Shown piece after piece: positions 19,082 to 29,104 of a DNA stretch of 59,397 bases (position 1 is its first letter; each line of letters starts with the position of its first letter). The notes beneath the pieces were generated by a model. It had not been told where the DNA came from, ran no database searches, and worked only from the letters and a program-made list of their open reading frames with translations. Both the position numbers and the translations under genes were made by a program. The DNA is taken from positions 1 through 59,397 of the forward strand of contig CADBMV010000064.1 of NCBI GenBank assembly GCA_902795865.1, written 5' to 3'. This DNA is from an uncultured Erysipelotrichaceae bacterium (GTDB lineage Bacteria; Bacillota_I; Bacilli_A; Erysipelotrichales; Erysipelotrichaceae).

Positions 19082-20233
19082 ATGAACAACACTATTACAA
19101 AACAAAGAAATTCTGCAGTTGAACTATTAAAAATAATAGGAATGTTTCTAATTGTTTTATCACATGTTGCACATACTCTTGGACATACTCCAGATTATCT
19201 ATCAGAGTATAACAATGTCGTCTATAACCTAAGTCTAGCTACTGCTGATTTTAAAGCAGTAATATTAAGGATTTTTCTATATTTTGGCAATCTAGGTAAT
19301 GCAATTTTCTTTGTTTGTTCATCATGGTTTTTATGTGAATTGAACAAAGCAAAAAAAGAAAAAGTTGCTCAGATCATAGTTGATGCCTGGTTAATTTCAA
19401 TGATAATAGTTTCATGTTATCTATTATCACCTGAAAAAATATCTACTGTTTTAATAATTAAATCTTTTTTTCCAACTATATTTCAAAATAATTGGTATAT
19501 ATCTTGTTATATATTGTTTTATTTAGTAGTACCTTTTTTAAACCAAATACTAGATAGTTTAGAAAGAAAAAGATATTTAAAAATCAATATTGTTTTATTA
19601 GGAATCTATTTCATAATTGGTTTTGTTTTACCAGATTCTTTCCAAGCAAATAATCTTATTGAATTTTTTGTAATTCATACATATATCTTTTATATGAAAA
19701 AATATATGAGGAATCTTTTCAAACATAGAAAAACAAATCTTTTTATCTTATTAACTTCTCTATTAATTCTTCTAACAATTATAATCTCTTTAAATTATAT
19801 TGGATTACATATGCCTATGATTCAAGATAAAATGATGAAATTTTCAAATATGCAAAACCCATTTATTATCTTAATCGCTTTTTCATCATTGATGATTGCT
19901 TTAAATAATGAGTTCTATAATTCTTTTATTAATAAGATATCTAGTTTATCTTTGTTAATATATATACTTCATGAAAACATTATCTTTAGTGCGTATACTA
20001 GACTTCGTATTGAAGCATATTTAGTTAAAAGTTATGGTAAAGAAAACATTCTATTAATTGTGTTATTGTTTGCGATAGTGTTGTTTGTTGTATCTGCTTT
20101 AATATCATATATTTATCAAAATACAATTCAAAAACTTACAAAAAAAGCATCAAGCTTTTTACTTGATCGCTTTATTTTTATCACAAACTCTTTTGTTGAA
20201 TTCTTAATTAAATTTGCAAAAAGATTTAATTAA
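19082..20233 (+). CDS. Acyltransferase family 3 membrane protein (putative glycan O-acetyltransferase)
   Basis: 383 aa. NSAVELLKIIGMFLIVLSHV at the N-terminus and about 10 TM helices. Confidence 0.8.
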   Translation: MNNTITKQRNSAVELLKIIGMFLIVLSHVAHTLGHTPDYLSEYNNVVYNLSLATADFKAVILRIFLYFGNLGNAIFFVCSSWFLCELNKAKKEKVAQIIVDAWLISMIIVSCYLLSPEKISTVLIIKSFFPTIFQNNWYISCYILFYLVVPFLNQILDSLERKRYLKINIVLLGIYFIIGFVLPDSFQANNLIEFFVIHTYIFYMKKYMRNLFKHRKTNLFILLTSLLILLTIIISLNYIGLHMPMIQDKMMKFSNMQNPFIILIAFSSLMIALNNEFYNSFINKISSLSLLIYILHENIIFSAYTRLRIEAYLVKSYGKENILLIVLLFAIVLFVVSALISYIYQNTIQKLTKKASSFLLDRFIFITNSFVEFLIKFAKRFN

Positions 20234-21908
20234 ATAAATTTTTTAGTACTTTTAATAGCTCTTCATTTTTTATTTCAGAATCTTTTTTATTAATTCCTAC
20301 TGTAGAAATATAAACCTTTAATTTAGGTTCTGTACCACTAGGTCTTATAATAACCGAACTATTATCAGATAAGTAATAATGTAATACATCAGATTTAGGT
20401 AAGTTATCCACTTCATTTAAGTAATCTAATTGTTTTACTATTTTATTGTTATTTATTTGTTTAATTGGATTATCTCTTAATTCTTTCATGATTCTTTGCA
20501 TCTTATTAAAACCTTCAACGCCTTCAAATTCATAAGAATGTAAAGTGTTTTGATAATATCCATATTCTTCATATAGTTTGTTTAATTTATCAATTAAGGA
20601 AATATCATGTGTCTTATAATATGCATACATTTCACACACTAAACATGCACCATTAACACCATCTTTATCTCTTACATAAGTTCCTGACAAATAACCATCA
20701 GATTCTTCAAAACTAAAGATAAAATCCTCTAGTCTATCTTCTTTTTCTAATAATCCTATTTGTTCGCCAATATATTTATATCCAGTTAGTACGTTAATTG
20801 TTTTAACATTGTACTTATCTGCAATTCTTTTAGCCATATTGGTAGATACAATAGTTTTAATTAGAATTGGATTATTAGGTAATTTTTTGTGTTTAGTTTT
20901 TCTTTCTAGAATATAATTAAACAACAAAACACCAACTTGATTACCATTTAAAATTATAAAATCATTATCATCTTTTACAGCTACACCCACTCTATCACAA
21001 TCTGGATCAGTCGCAATCAATATATCCGCATTATTATCTTTTGCAGTTTCTATGCCTAAAGACATTGCCTCTAATATTTCTGGATTGGGATATGGACAAG
21101 TAGGAAAATTGCCATCAGGATCTTCTTGTTTTTTAACAGTAATAATATTTTTATAATTTAATTCTTTTAAAACTCTTGTAACTGGTTTAAAACCGGTTCC
21201 ATTTAATGGAGTGTATATGATTTTAATGTCTTTATTTATGTTTTCTTCATATAGAAATGATTGTTTTTTTACTTCTTCAATGTAAGAATCATAAACTTCA
21301 TTATCTATATATTTTATTAATTCTTTATTTGAATCATTTATATCTACATTAAATTCATTTATTTCATCAATTTCTTTTAATATTTGTTTTGAAGCTTCTG
21401 TAGTGATTTGACAACCATCTTCTCCATATACTTTATAACCATTATATTTAGCTGGATTATGACTAGCTGTAATCATCACTCCTGCACTACATTTTAAATA
21501 TCTTGTTGCATATGAAAGCATAGGCACAGGAAAAGCTTGTGAGTATAAATAAACTTTAATTCCATTGTTTGAAAAAACACATGATGCAATTTTAGAAAAC
21601 AAATCAGAATTGGTTCTAGTGTCATACCCTATTGCAACACTAGGGTTATCGTAATGTTTATTAATATAATTAGCTAATCCTTGAGAAGCTTTAGCTACTA
21701 CGTAAATATTCATTCTATTTGTGCCAGCGCCTAAAACTCCTCTCAAGCCACCTGTACCAAAAGACAAGTTTTTATAAAAAGCATCTTCAATATCTTTATT
21801 ATTCATAGAAGAAAGCTCTTCTAATAGAACTTCATCTTTAACGTTTTGTTTCCATAAATCATATTTCTCTAAACTATTCATAATCAAATCTTTCAATATC
21901 TTCTTCAT
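20226..21908 (-). CDS. Phospho-sugar mutase (phosphoglucomutase/phosphomannomutase family)
   Basis: 560 aa. TASHNPAKYNGYKVY phosphoserine loop and ATDPDCDRVGV metal site. GGTGAGGT SD lies 6 nt upstream of the first ATG. Confidence 0.9.
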   Translation of the reverse strand: MKKILKDLIMNSLEKYDLWKQNVKDEVLLEELSSMNNKDIEDAFYKNLSFGTGGLRGVLGAGTNRMNIYVVAKASQGLANYINKHYDNPSVAIGYDTRTNSDLFSKIASCVFSNNGIKVYLYSQAFPVPMLSYATRYLKCSAGVMITASHNPAKYNGYKVYGEDGCQITTEASKQILKEIDEINEFNVDINDSNKELIKYIDNEVYDSYIEEVKKQSFLYEENINKDIKIIYTPLNGTGFKPVTRVLKELNYKNIITVKKQEDPDGNFPTCPYPNPEILEAMSLGIETAKDNNADILIATDPDCDRVGVAVKDDNDFIILNGNQVGVLLFNYILERKTKHKKLPNNPILIKTIVSTNMAKRIADKYNVKTINVLTGYKYIGEQIGLLEKEDRLEDFIFSFEESDGYLSGTYVRDKDGVNGACLVCEMYAYYKTHDISLIDKLNKLYEEYGYYQNTLHSYEFEGVEGFNKMQRIMKELRDNPIKQINNNKIVKQLDYLNEVDNLPKSDVLHYYLSDNSSVIIRPSGTEPKLKVYISTVGINKKDSEIKNEELLKVLKNLFN

Positions 21909-23199
21909 CTAATACCTCACCAATTTGAGTTTCTATGATATGAAGATCTTTGATTGCGCTAACTTTATATTTTGTTTCTTTCTTAATACTTACAACATCA
22001 CCAACTTTAATTGTTTTTGTTTGATCATTTAGTATTAATTCACCTTCTCCTTCGATTATTGTCCATACTACATCTTTATGATGATGTAATTGTAAAGAGA
22101 TGGATTTGTCTTTTTCAATAGTGAGATGTTTTGTGAGTGTCTTAATACCACTATGTTCAGATGTTTCTAATACTCTATATTCACCCCATCTTCTTTTTTC
22201 GTATAATGGTCTATCATTTAAGTTTTCTACATAAGGTTTTAAATAAGAACTCTTATTTTTGTCTGAAACTAATACCCCTTCTGCACTTGACACTATCACA
22301 GCATCTTTCATCCCAAGCACTACAACTGGTCTATCAGTTACATTTATTACAGATACATTTTCATTTCCTTCACCAGTTATTACATTGCCATGACTATCAG
22401 GCATTTCTTCTGTCAAAGTATTCCATGTACCTAAGTCTTTCCATTCGCCTTTATACGGAACGACACCTATTGAACTTGCTTTTTCTACAACTTCATAATC
22501 AAAACTATTTTTATTTAATTCAGAAAATCTATCACATAGCTCCTCAAACGAATTAATACTAATATTCTTATATAGAATATTCATTATATATTTCAATTTA
22601 AAACCAAAAACACTTGCATTCCAATAAGCACCTTCTTTTAATAATTTTTGTGCAGTCTCTAAATCAGGTTTTTCTTGGAACTTAATGACTCTTTTTACTT
22701 CATCGTCTGTTTTATCGCAAATAATATAACCATATTTTTCAGATGGGTATGTTGGTTCTATGCCCATTAATACAATTTCATAATTACTTTCATTAATTGC
22801 TTTATCTATTTTGTGTAAGTTTTCGAAATATATGTTTTCAACATATGGATCTACAGGAATAAAAATAACTGATTCATCATCTGAAACTTTTTTTATGTAT
22901 TTTAAATACGCACTAGCTAATAGTATTGCAGGAAAAGTATTTCTTCTTTCTGGTTCGATTACTAAATCAATCTCATCACCAAGTTGAGATTTAATTGCTT
23001 CTGTTTGTGATTTACTTGTTGCAATTAAAACATTATCACCAATTCCTGTTTCTTTTAATTGTCTAAAGACTCTTTGAACCATTGATTCTTTTTCGCCTTT
23101 CTCATTAACTAAAAGTTTCAAAAATTGTTTTGACATTGTTTCATTTGATAAAGGCCAAAGTCTTGTGCCTGATCCACCTGATAATAATACAATATTCAT
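21874..23199 (-). CDS. manC: Mannose-1-phosphate guanylyltransferase with C-terminal cupin domain
   Basis: 441 aa with MNIVLLSGGSGTRLWPLS. The C-terminal cupin has SLQLHHHKDVVWTIIEGEG. Confidence 0.9.
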   Translation of the reverse strand: MNIVLLSGGSGTRLWPLSNETMSKQFLKLLVNEKGEKESMVQRVFRQLKETGIGDNVLIATSKSQTEAIKSQLGDEIDLVIEPERRNTFPAILLASAYLKYIKKVSDDESVIFIPVDPYVENIYFENLHKIDKAINESNYEIVLMGIEPTYPSEKYGYIICDKTDDEVKRVIKFQEKPDLETAQKLLKEGAYWNASVFGFKLKYIMNILYKNISINSFEELCDRFSELNKNSFDYEVVEKASSIGVVPYKGEWKDLGTWNTLTEEMPDSHGNVITGEGNENVSVINVTDRPVVVLGMKDAVIVSSAEGVLVSDKNKSSYLKPYVENLNDRPLYEKRRWGEYRVLETSEHSGIKTLTKHLTIEKDKSISLQLHHHKDVVWTIIEGEGELILNDQTKTIKVGDVVSIKKETKYKVSAIKDLHIIETQIGEVLDEEDIERFDYE

Positions 23200-23200
23200 A

Positions 23201-24142
23201 CTATCTCTCCGCTCTCATAGGGTTATTTAAGAAATCTTCATAAGCTAGTTTTATACCATCTTTTAATTCTGTTTTATATGTCCAACCTAATGAAGTTGCT
23301 TTTGATACATCTAGTAGTTTTCTAGGAGTTCCGTTTGGTTTAGAAGTATCCCATTTGATTTCTCCTTTATAACCTATAACTTCAGCTACTAATTCAGTTA
23401 ATTGCTTAATAGTTAATTCTTTACCTGTTCCTGCATTAACTGTTTCATTGCCTGAATAATTATTCATTAAAAAGACACATAATTCAGCTAAATCATCAAC
23501 ATATAAAAATTCTCTTAAAGGTGAACCATCACCCCAACAAGTTACACTTTCTAAATTATTCTCTTTTGCTTCATGAAATCTTCTTATTAAAGCTGGTAAG
23601 ACATGAGAGTGTTCTGGATGATAGTTATCATTAGGGCCATACAAATTAGTAGGCATTACAGATATATAATCTGTTCCATATTGTCTATTTAAATATTCGC
23701 AATACTTTAAACCACTTATTTTAGCTAAAGCATAAGCTTCATTTGTTTCTTCTAATGATCCTGTAAGTAAATACTCTTCTTTTAAAGGTTGAGGTGCTAA
23801 CTTAGGATAGATGCAACTAGATCCTAAAAACTCTAATTTCTTACAACCATTTTTCCAAGCTGCATTAATCACATTCATTTCTAGAATCATATTTTCATAC
23901 ATAAAATCTGCTAAGTGATTATTATTTGCAATAATACCACCAACTTTAGCTGCAGCTAAAAATACATATTCAGGTTTTTCTTCTTCGAAGAATTTTTCAA
24001 CTTCTTCTTGTCTAGTTAAATCTAGCTCAGAATGTGTTCTAATAATTATATTTGTATAACCTTGTTTATTTAGTTGTCTTAATATTGCTGAACCAACCAT
24101 ACCTCTGTGTCCTGCAACATAAATCTTACTGTCTTTATTCAT
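23201..24142 (-). CDS. fcl: GDP-L-fucose synthase
   Basis: 313 aa with [21 protein letters not shown] and YALAK (YxxxK). It lies directly downstream of gmd. Confidence 0.93.
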   Translation of the reverse strand: MNKDSKIYVAGHRGMVGSAILRQLNKQGYTNIIIRTHSELDLTRQEEVEKFFEEEKPEYVFLAAAKVGGIIANNNHLADFMYENMILEMNVINAAWKNGCKKLEFLGSSCIYPKLAPQPLKEEYLLTGSLEETNEAYALAKISGLKYCEYLNRQYGTDYISVMPTNLYGPNDNYHPEHSHVLPALIRRFHEAKENNLESVTCWGDGSPLREFLYVDDLAELCVFLMNNYSGNETVNAGTGKELTIKQLTELVAEVIGYKGEIKWDTSKPNGTPRKLLDVSKATSLGWTYKTELKDGIKLAYEDFLNNPMRAER

Positions 24143-25231
24143 TTACTTATTAACTCCTTTTTCTAGATATTCAGCTAAATTTCTAATGATTTGTTCATCA
24201 CTTCTTTCAACTGCTACTTTTTTCATATCGCTTTCAACCATGAGTTTTACTAACTCTTCGAATGATGTTTTTGTTGGATTCCAACCCAACTTTTCTTTAG
24301 CTTTACTAGGATCTCCTAATAAATTAACTACATCAGTTGGTCGATAGAAATCCTTTGATACTTCCACAATTATTTTTCCAGTTTTCTTATCATATCCTTT
24401 TTCATCAATTCCTTCACCTTTAAATACAAGTTCTATACCAGCATATTTAAAAGCTAGTTCACAAAACTCTCTAACACTATGTTGTTTACCTGTAGCTATT
24501 ACATAATCATCTGGTTCTTCTTGCTGAAGAATTAACCACATACATTCAACATAATCTTTTGCATAACCCCAATCTCTTAAAGAATCCATATTCCCTAAAT
24601 AGAGTTTTTCTTGTTTTCCTTGAGCAATTCTAGAAGCTGCTAGGGTAATCTTTCTAGTTACAAAAGTTTCTCCTCTTCTTTCTGATTCGTGATTAAATAA
24701 AATTCCATTTGCAGCAAACATACCATAAGCATCTCTATATTCTTTAATAATCCAATATGCATATTGTTTAGCTACAGCATAAGGAGAGTATGGATGAAAT
24801 GGTGTGGTTTCCGATTGAGGAACTTCTTTAACCTTTCCATATAATTCAGATGTTGAAGCTTGATATATTCTACATGTTTTTTCTAATCCGCATATTCTTA
24901 CAGCTTCTAATATTCTCAAAACTCCAATCGCATCAATATCAGCTGTTGATTCTGGCACATCAAAACTTACTTGCACATGTGATTGTGCTGCAAGATTATA
25001 TATCTCATCAGGTCTAACACTATTAATAACTTTAACTAAACCAATAGAGTCAGCCAAATCTCCATAATGAAGATGGAAATTATCTTTGTTTTCTAAATGA
25101 ACGATTCTTTCTCTAAAATCCACAGAACTTCTTCTAATAATTCCATGTACTTCATAACCTTTTTCTAATAAAAACTCACTTAAATATGATCCATCTTGTC
25201 CTGTAATACCAGTAATTAATGCTTTTTTCAT
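24143..25231 (-). CDS. gmd: GDP-mannose 4,6-dehydratase
   Basis: [33 protein letters not shown] and [13 protein letters not shown] moved the start from the track's 25255 to the ATG at 25231 (MKKAL), which has GAGGT 8 nt upstream. Confidence 0.95.
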   Translation of the reverse strand: MKKALITGITGQDGSYLSEFLLEKGYEVHGIIRRSSVDFRERIVHLENKDNFHLHYGDLADSIGLVKVINSVRPDEIYNLAAQSHVQVSFDVPESTADIDAIGVLRILEAVRICGLEKTCRIYQASTSELYGKVKEVPQSETTPFHPYSPYAVAKQYAYWIIKEYRDAYGMFAANGILFNHESERRGETFVTRKITLAASRIAQGKQEKLYLGNMDSLRDWGYAKDYVECMWLILQQEEPDDYVIATGKQHSVREFCELAFKYAGIELVFKGEGIDEKGYDKKTGKIIVEVSKDFYRPTDVVNLLGDPSKAKEKLGWNPTKTSFEELVKLMVESDMKKVAVERSDEQIIRNLAEYLEKGVNK

Positions 25232-25283
25232 AATATTTACCTCATTTCTATTCAATATTAATCCTATTTTTACTTATTTTTAA

Positions 25284-25312
25284 TAGACATAATTGACTTT
25301 TTATAGCATAAT
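25284..25312 (+). promoter_or_regulatory. Candidate sigma-A promoter of the AraC gene, -10 only 6 nt from the ATG
   Basis: TAGACA (25284-89), 17 nt spacer, CATAAT (25307-12), 6 nt, ATG (25319). There is no SD upstream of the ATG. Confidence 0.35.
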
Positions 25313-25318
25313 ATTGAC

Positions 25319-26152
25319 ATGACACAAATAGTAGAAAGTAAAAGAACACAATACACTGCAAGTAGTTTTGGGAAGAATTCTTTAATTTATCTTCAAGAAG
25401 TAGGCTTTTCTAAAGCCTTGAAGCAACATATCTCTTCAAGAGACTATATGGCATCATATTTATTTTTTATTGTTCTAGAAGGCTCAGGAAGCCTTACATA
25501 CAATAACGAAATAATAAAGCTTAAACAAAACGATTGTGTATTTATAGATTGTCACAAACCATATAAACACTCTTCTGATAATTGGAATATAGCTTTTATA
25601 CACTTTTATGGAGGCAATATAAAAGATATATACAATAAATATCTTGATAGAAATGGTAAGAATGTTTTTAATACAAAATCTTCTATAGAATACAATCAAT
25701 TAATAAATGATATCTTTCTTATTGCTCAATCAAATGATTATATAAAGGATATGACTATCTACAACAAACTAATAAATATCTTACATATGATTATGTCTGA
25801 AACTATATATCCAGAAGATAATAAAAGAAATAATAAGTATGATTTAAATGAAATAAAAAAATATCTTGATGATAATTACACTCAAGATATTTCCTTAGAC
25901 TTATTATCAAACAAATTCTATATAAACAAATATTACTTAACTAGAGCATTTAAAGATAATTATGGTCAAACTATAAATAATTATTTAGTATCTAAAAAAA
26001 TAACCAAAGCAAAAGAACTATTAAGATTCTCAGATTTAGATATCAATCAAATTGGAATTAATTGCGGAATTAAAGATCCTAATTACTTTTCTAGATTATT
26101 TAAAAAAGTGGAAGGTATTACTCCTAAAGAATATGCAAGACTATGGAAATAA
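25319..26152 (+). CDS. AraC family transcriptional regulator (cupin sensor + HTH)
   Basis: 277 aa. The C-terminal double HTH reads LSNKFYINKYYLTRAFKDNYGQTINNYL..AKELLRFSDLDINQIGINCGIKDPNYFSRLFKKVEGITPKEY. It is divergent from gmd. Confidence 0.88.
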   Translation: MTQIVESKRTQYTASSFGKNSLIYLQEVGFSKALKQHISSRDYMASYLFFIVLEGSGSLTYNNEIIKLKQNDCVFIDCHKPYKHSSDNWNIAFIHFYGGNIKDIYNKYLDRNGKNVFNTKSSIEYNQLINDIFLIAQSNDYIKDMTIYNKLINILHMIMSETIYPEDNKRNNKYDLNEIKKYLDDNYTQDISLDLLSNKFYINKYYLTRAFKDNYGQTINNYLVSKKITKAKELLRFSDLDINQIGINCGIKDPNYFSRLFKKVEGITPKEYARLWK

Positions 26153-26167
26153 ACTATAATAAACAAT

Positions 26168-26896
26168 ATGAAGATAAGTATAATTACAGTTTGTTTTAAC
26201 TCTGAAAAAACAATTGAAGATACTATTAAATCAGTATTAAATCAAACATATGATAATTTTGAATATCTTATAATTGATGGTCTTTCAAAAGACAACACTT
26301 TAAATATCATCAATAAATACACTAATGATCCTAGAATAAAACTTATATCTGAAAAAGATAAAGGTTTATATGATGCGATGAACAAAGGTATTAAAAATGC
26401 AAGTGGAGATATAATCGCAACTATTAACTCAGATGATGTTTTATATGACAACAATGTATTTCAAACAGTAATAGATAATTATGATAATGATACAGATATT
26501 TTATATGCAGATATATTATATTGTGATGATAACTTAGATAAAACTATTAGAAATTATATATCTGGTGATAATAATTCAGATTATTGGTGTCCTGCTCATC
26601 CAAGTATGTATGTTAGAAAAGAAGTTTTTGATGAATTAGGTTTATATAACATCAACTATAGAATAAGTGCTGATTATGATTTTATGGTTAGATGCAATAA
26701 AAACAAAAAGAATTTTAAATATATTCATCAATATTTTGTAAAGATGAGATATGGTGGAGCATCAAATGGATTAAAAGGATATTTAAACAATTTTAAAGAG
26801 AGTTACACAGTCCTAAAAACAAACAATGTTTCTTTACCTTTTATAAAAACAGTATTAAGATCTTTACATACTATTAAACAATTAATTCTTAAATAA
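26168..26896 (+). CDS. GT2 family glycosyltransferase
   Basis: 242 aa with ISIITVCFNSEKTIEDTIKSVLNQTY, YLIIDGLSKDNT and NSDDV. Confidence 0.85.
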   Translation: MKISIITVCFNSEKTIEDTIKSVLNQTYDNFEYLIIDGLSKDNTLNIINKYTNDPRIKLISEKDKGLYDAMNKGIKNASGDIIATINSDDVLYDNNVFQTVIDNYDNDTDILYADILYCDDNLDKTIRNYISGDNNSDYWCPAHPSMYVRKEVFDELGLYNINYRISADYDFMVRCNKNKKNFKYIHQYFVKMRYGGASNGLKGYLNNFKESYTVLKTNNVSLPFIKTVLRSLHTIKQLILK

Positions 26897-27880
26897 TTTA
26901 TTCACCAATAAATCAGACAGTACTGCTGTAAACATGGTTAACAGCAGTATTATTATGAATGTTACATAATTATTAATTATTAAACCATTGTGTACAAAAT
27001 AATTCATAAATATCATATGAAAGACAAACATACCATATGAGTAATCTTTTTTAATTTTTATAAAACTAAACTTATATGCAAAAGCAAACCAAAATATCAA
27101 ATTAGCTATTACATAAAAAGGCTGAGAAGTATTAGATGTATATGGAATTACATAATTAAATATTGAACTATTTATACAATACAAAACATATACAGCTAAT
27201 ACTATATAAAAATATTTTGTAAGATAATAAACTAGTTTATCAAAATACTTATAAAATACTATTCCCATATAAAACATATAAGTGTATGGCAATATAGTTT
27301 GCCATATTAATTTATAAACTATTTCTGGACAATATATTTCTGTAAAAGAAATTAAAGAATTTAATAATACTCCACATATTATTAAGACTATATCTAACCA
27401 CACTGGTAATTCCTTTATTTTTTTATGTAAGAAATAAATAATCACATAAAACTGTATAGTTACAATGATTGTCCATAAAGCACCATTAGGAGTTCCATTA
27501 CCATAGAATCTTAATAAATCTGGAGTCCAAAACTGGAAAAATGTAGATTGGCCAAATAACCAAATATAATACCAAATACTTTTAAAGACATTAGGATATT
27601 GTATTCCTATAACTAAACCACATAATATTACTGATATCCATAATTCTGGATAGATTCTTTTAAATCTTCTTTTTATGTAATCAATAAAGCCTATCTCTTT
27701 TTTATCTAAGGAATACATTGCTAAAAAAGCACTAATAAAAAAGAAAACAGGAACACAAGTAAATTTATTAAAGAAAAAATCATTTATTCCTAAATCTCTT
27801 CTTCCATGCCAAAAAATAACAGTTAAAGCCATAATATATCTTACTAATGTAAAACAGTTATCCTTAATATCTTTTCTCAT
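26882..27880 (-). CDS. Acyltransferase family 3 membrane protein
   Basis: 332 aa. FTLVRYIMALTVIFWHG at the N-terminus and about 10 TM helices. It converges on, and overlaps by 15 nt, the GT2 at 26168..26896. Confidence 0.68.
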   Translation of the reverse strand: MRKDIKDNCFTLVRYIMALTVIFWHGRRDLGINDFFFNKFTCVPVFFFISAFLAMYSLDKKEIGFIDYIKRRFKRIYPELWISVILCGLVIGIQYPNVFKSIWYYIWLFGQSTFFQFWTPDLLRFYGNGTPNGALWTIIVTIQFYVIIYFLHKKIKELPVWLDIVLIICGVLLNSLISFTEIYCPEIVYKLIWQTILPYTYMFYMGIVFYKYFDKLVYYLTKYFYIVLAVYVLYCINSSIFNYVIPYTSNTSQPFYVIANLIFWFAFAYKFSFIKIKKDYSYGMFVFHMIFMNYFVHNGLIINNYVTFIIILLLTMFTAVLSDLLVNKLFKN

Positions 27881-27907
27881 TACTTAATAATTCTAACATA
27901 TTAATGA

Positions 27908-27916
27908 TGATATAAT
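27908..27916 (+). promoter_or_regulatory. Extended -10 element (TGaTATAAT) 6 nt upstream of the GT4 ATG
   Basis: TGATATAAT at 27908-27916, then ttgatt, then ATG at 27923. No SD is present. Confidence 0.4.
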
Positions 27917-27922
27917 TTGATT

Positions 27923-29059
27923 ATGAAAATAGTAAATTTAGCACTAGGTAATACCTATAATGAAGGTTGGGGTTATCAAGAAAACTTATTAACTAAATGG
28001 CAAAAACTAAATGGTCATGATGTTACAATAATCACTTCAAGAATGGTAAACAATAAAAATGATGATGGATATCATTTAACTGATGCTTGTGAATATACAA
28101 ATGACTTAGGTATTAAAGTAATAAGATTAGATTATCCTATAAACAACTGGGCAATTAGAACTTTAAGAGTTTTTAAAAATTTATATAATACACTACAAGA
28201 AGTAGATCCTGATTTCATATTTATACATAATGGGCAATTTTTAGATTCTTTAAAAGTATGTAAATATTTAAAAAAACATCCTAAGTGTAAAGCTGCTTGT
28301 GATAATCATGCAGATGAAACAAATTCAGCTAAATCATTTTTTCCAAAAGTATTACACTATACTATTTGGAGATATTGCATGCAACAACTAAACAAATATG
28401 TAAACAAGTTTTATGGAGTTTTACCAATTAGATGTGACTTCTTAAAAAAATACTACAAATTACCTGACAATAAAGTTGACTTGTTAGTTATGGGAGTTGA
28501 TGATGAATTAATTGATAAAGCTAATAAAGATTCTATTGAATTCAAAAAAATACACAATATTACATCTAACACACTAAATATTATTACTGGTGGCAAAATA
28601 GATAATTATAAAACTGAAACATTAAATTTAATGGAAGCAGTAAAAGATAATAAAGACATTAGACTATTTATCTTTGGTTCTATTGGTGATGATATAAAAA
28701 TGAGATTTAATAATCTACTATCAGATAATATGACTTATTTAGGATGGCTATCACAAGAAGAAACATACGCAGCATTAAAGGCATGTGATATCGCAATCTT
28801 CCCAGGAAGGCATTCAGTTATTTGGGAACAATGTGTAGGTCTTGGTGTTCCTATTGTTGTAAGAAGTTGGCCGGGTACAAAACATGTTGATATTGGCGGA
28901 AATTGCATATTCTTAGAAAATGGATCACTTCAAGAAATAAAACAAATTATAAACAAACTACTAGATAAAGAATATTTAAAACAATTAACTACTAACGCTA
29001 ACTCAAACAATAAAACACAATTCTCATATAAGAACATTGCAGAAAAAAGTATTCAATAA
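27923..29059 (+). CDS. GT4 family glycosyltransferase
   Basis: The track starts at TTG 27917; I prefer the ATG at 27923 (MKIVNLA). The C-terminal block YLGWLSQEETYAALKACDIAIFPGRHSVIWEQCVGLGVPIVV is typical of GT4. Confidence 0.8.
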   Translation: MKIVNLALGNTYNEGWGYQENLLTKWQKLNGHDVTIITSRMVNNKNDDGYHLTDACEYTNDLGIKVIRLDYPINNWAIRTLRVFKNLYNTLQEVDPDFIFIHNGQFLDSLKVCKYLKKHPKCKAACDNHADETNSAKSFFPKVLHYTIWRYCMQQLNKYVNKFYGVLPIRCDFLKKYYKLPDNKVDLLVMGVDDELIDKANKDSIEFKKIHNITSNTLNIITGGKIDNYKTETLNLMEAVKDNKDIRLFIFGSIGDDIKMRFNNLLSDNMTYLGWLSQEETYAALKACDIAIFPGRHSVIWEQCVGLGVPIVVRSWPGTKHVDIGGNCIFLENGSLQEIKQIINKLLDKEYLKQLTTNANSNNKTQFSYKNIAEKSIQ

Positions 29060-29104
29060 TGAATGCTTCTCTTTCTGAATAATTATTGCAAGATCAATAC
29101 TAGT

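Noticed and set aside
22161-22556. A 131-aa plus-strand ORF, together with the other 60-120-aa ORFs in the track. These start at 1367, 2146, 3314, 3346, 4726, 7251, 8622, 9156, 9649, 9931, 11742, 12912, 13781, 15577, 25484, 26242, 30177, 33290, 33295, 35639, 36914, 39931, 41043, 41548, 42466, 44115, 46676, 47409, 49187, 52638, 55297 and 58950.
   Set aside because: All lie wholly or mostly inside, and antisense or out of frame to, long ORFs with clear family signatures. Their translations are low-complexity products of AT-rich DNA (L/I/F/S/K-rich) with no recognisable motifs or ribosome-binding sites.
29060-29104. Possible terminator hairpin in the convergent gap between the GT4 (plus strand) and the GT-C-like gene (minus strand).
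   Set aside because: Only short 5-bp AT-rich complementary segments (ATTCA/TGAAT) were found, with no convincing stem or T-tract.
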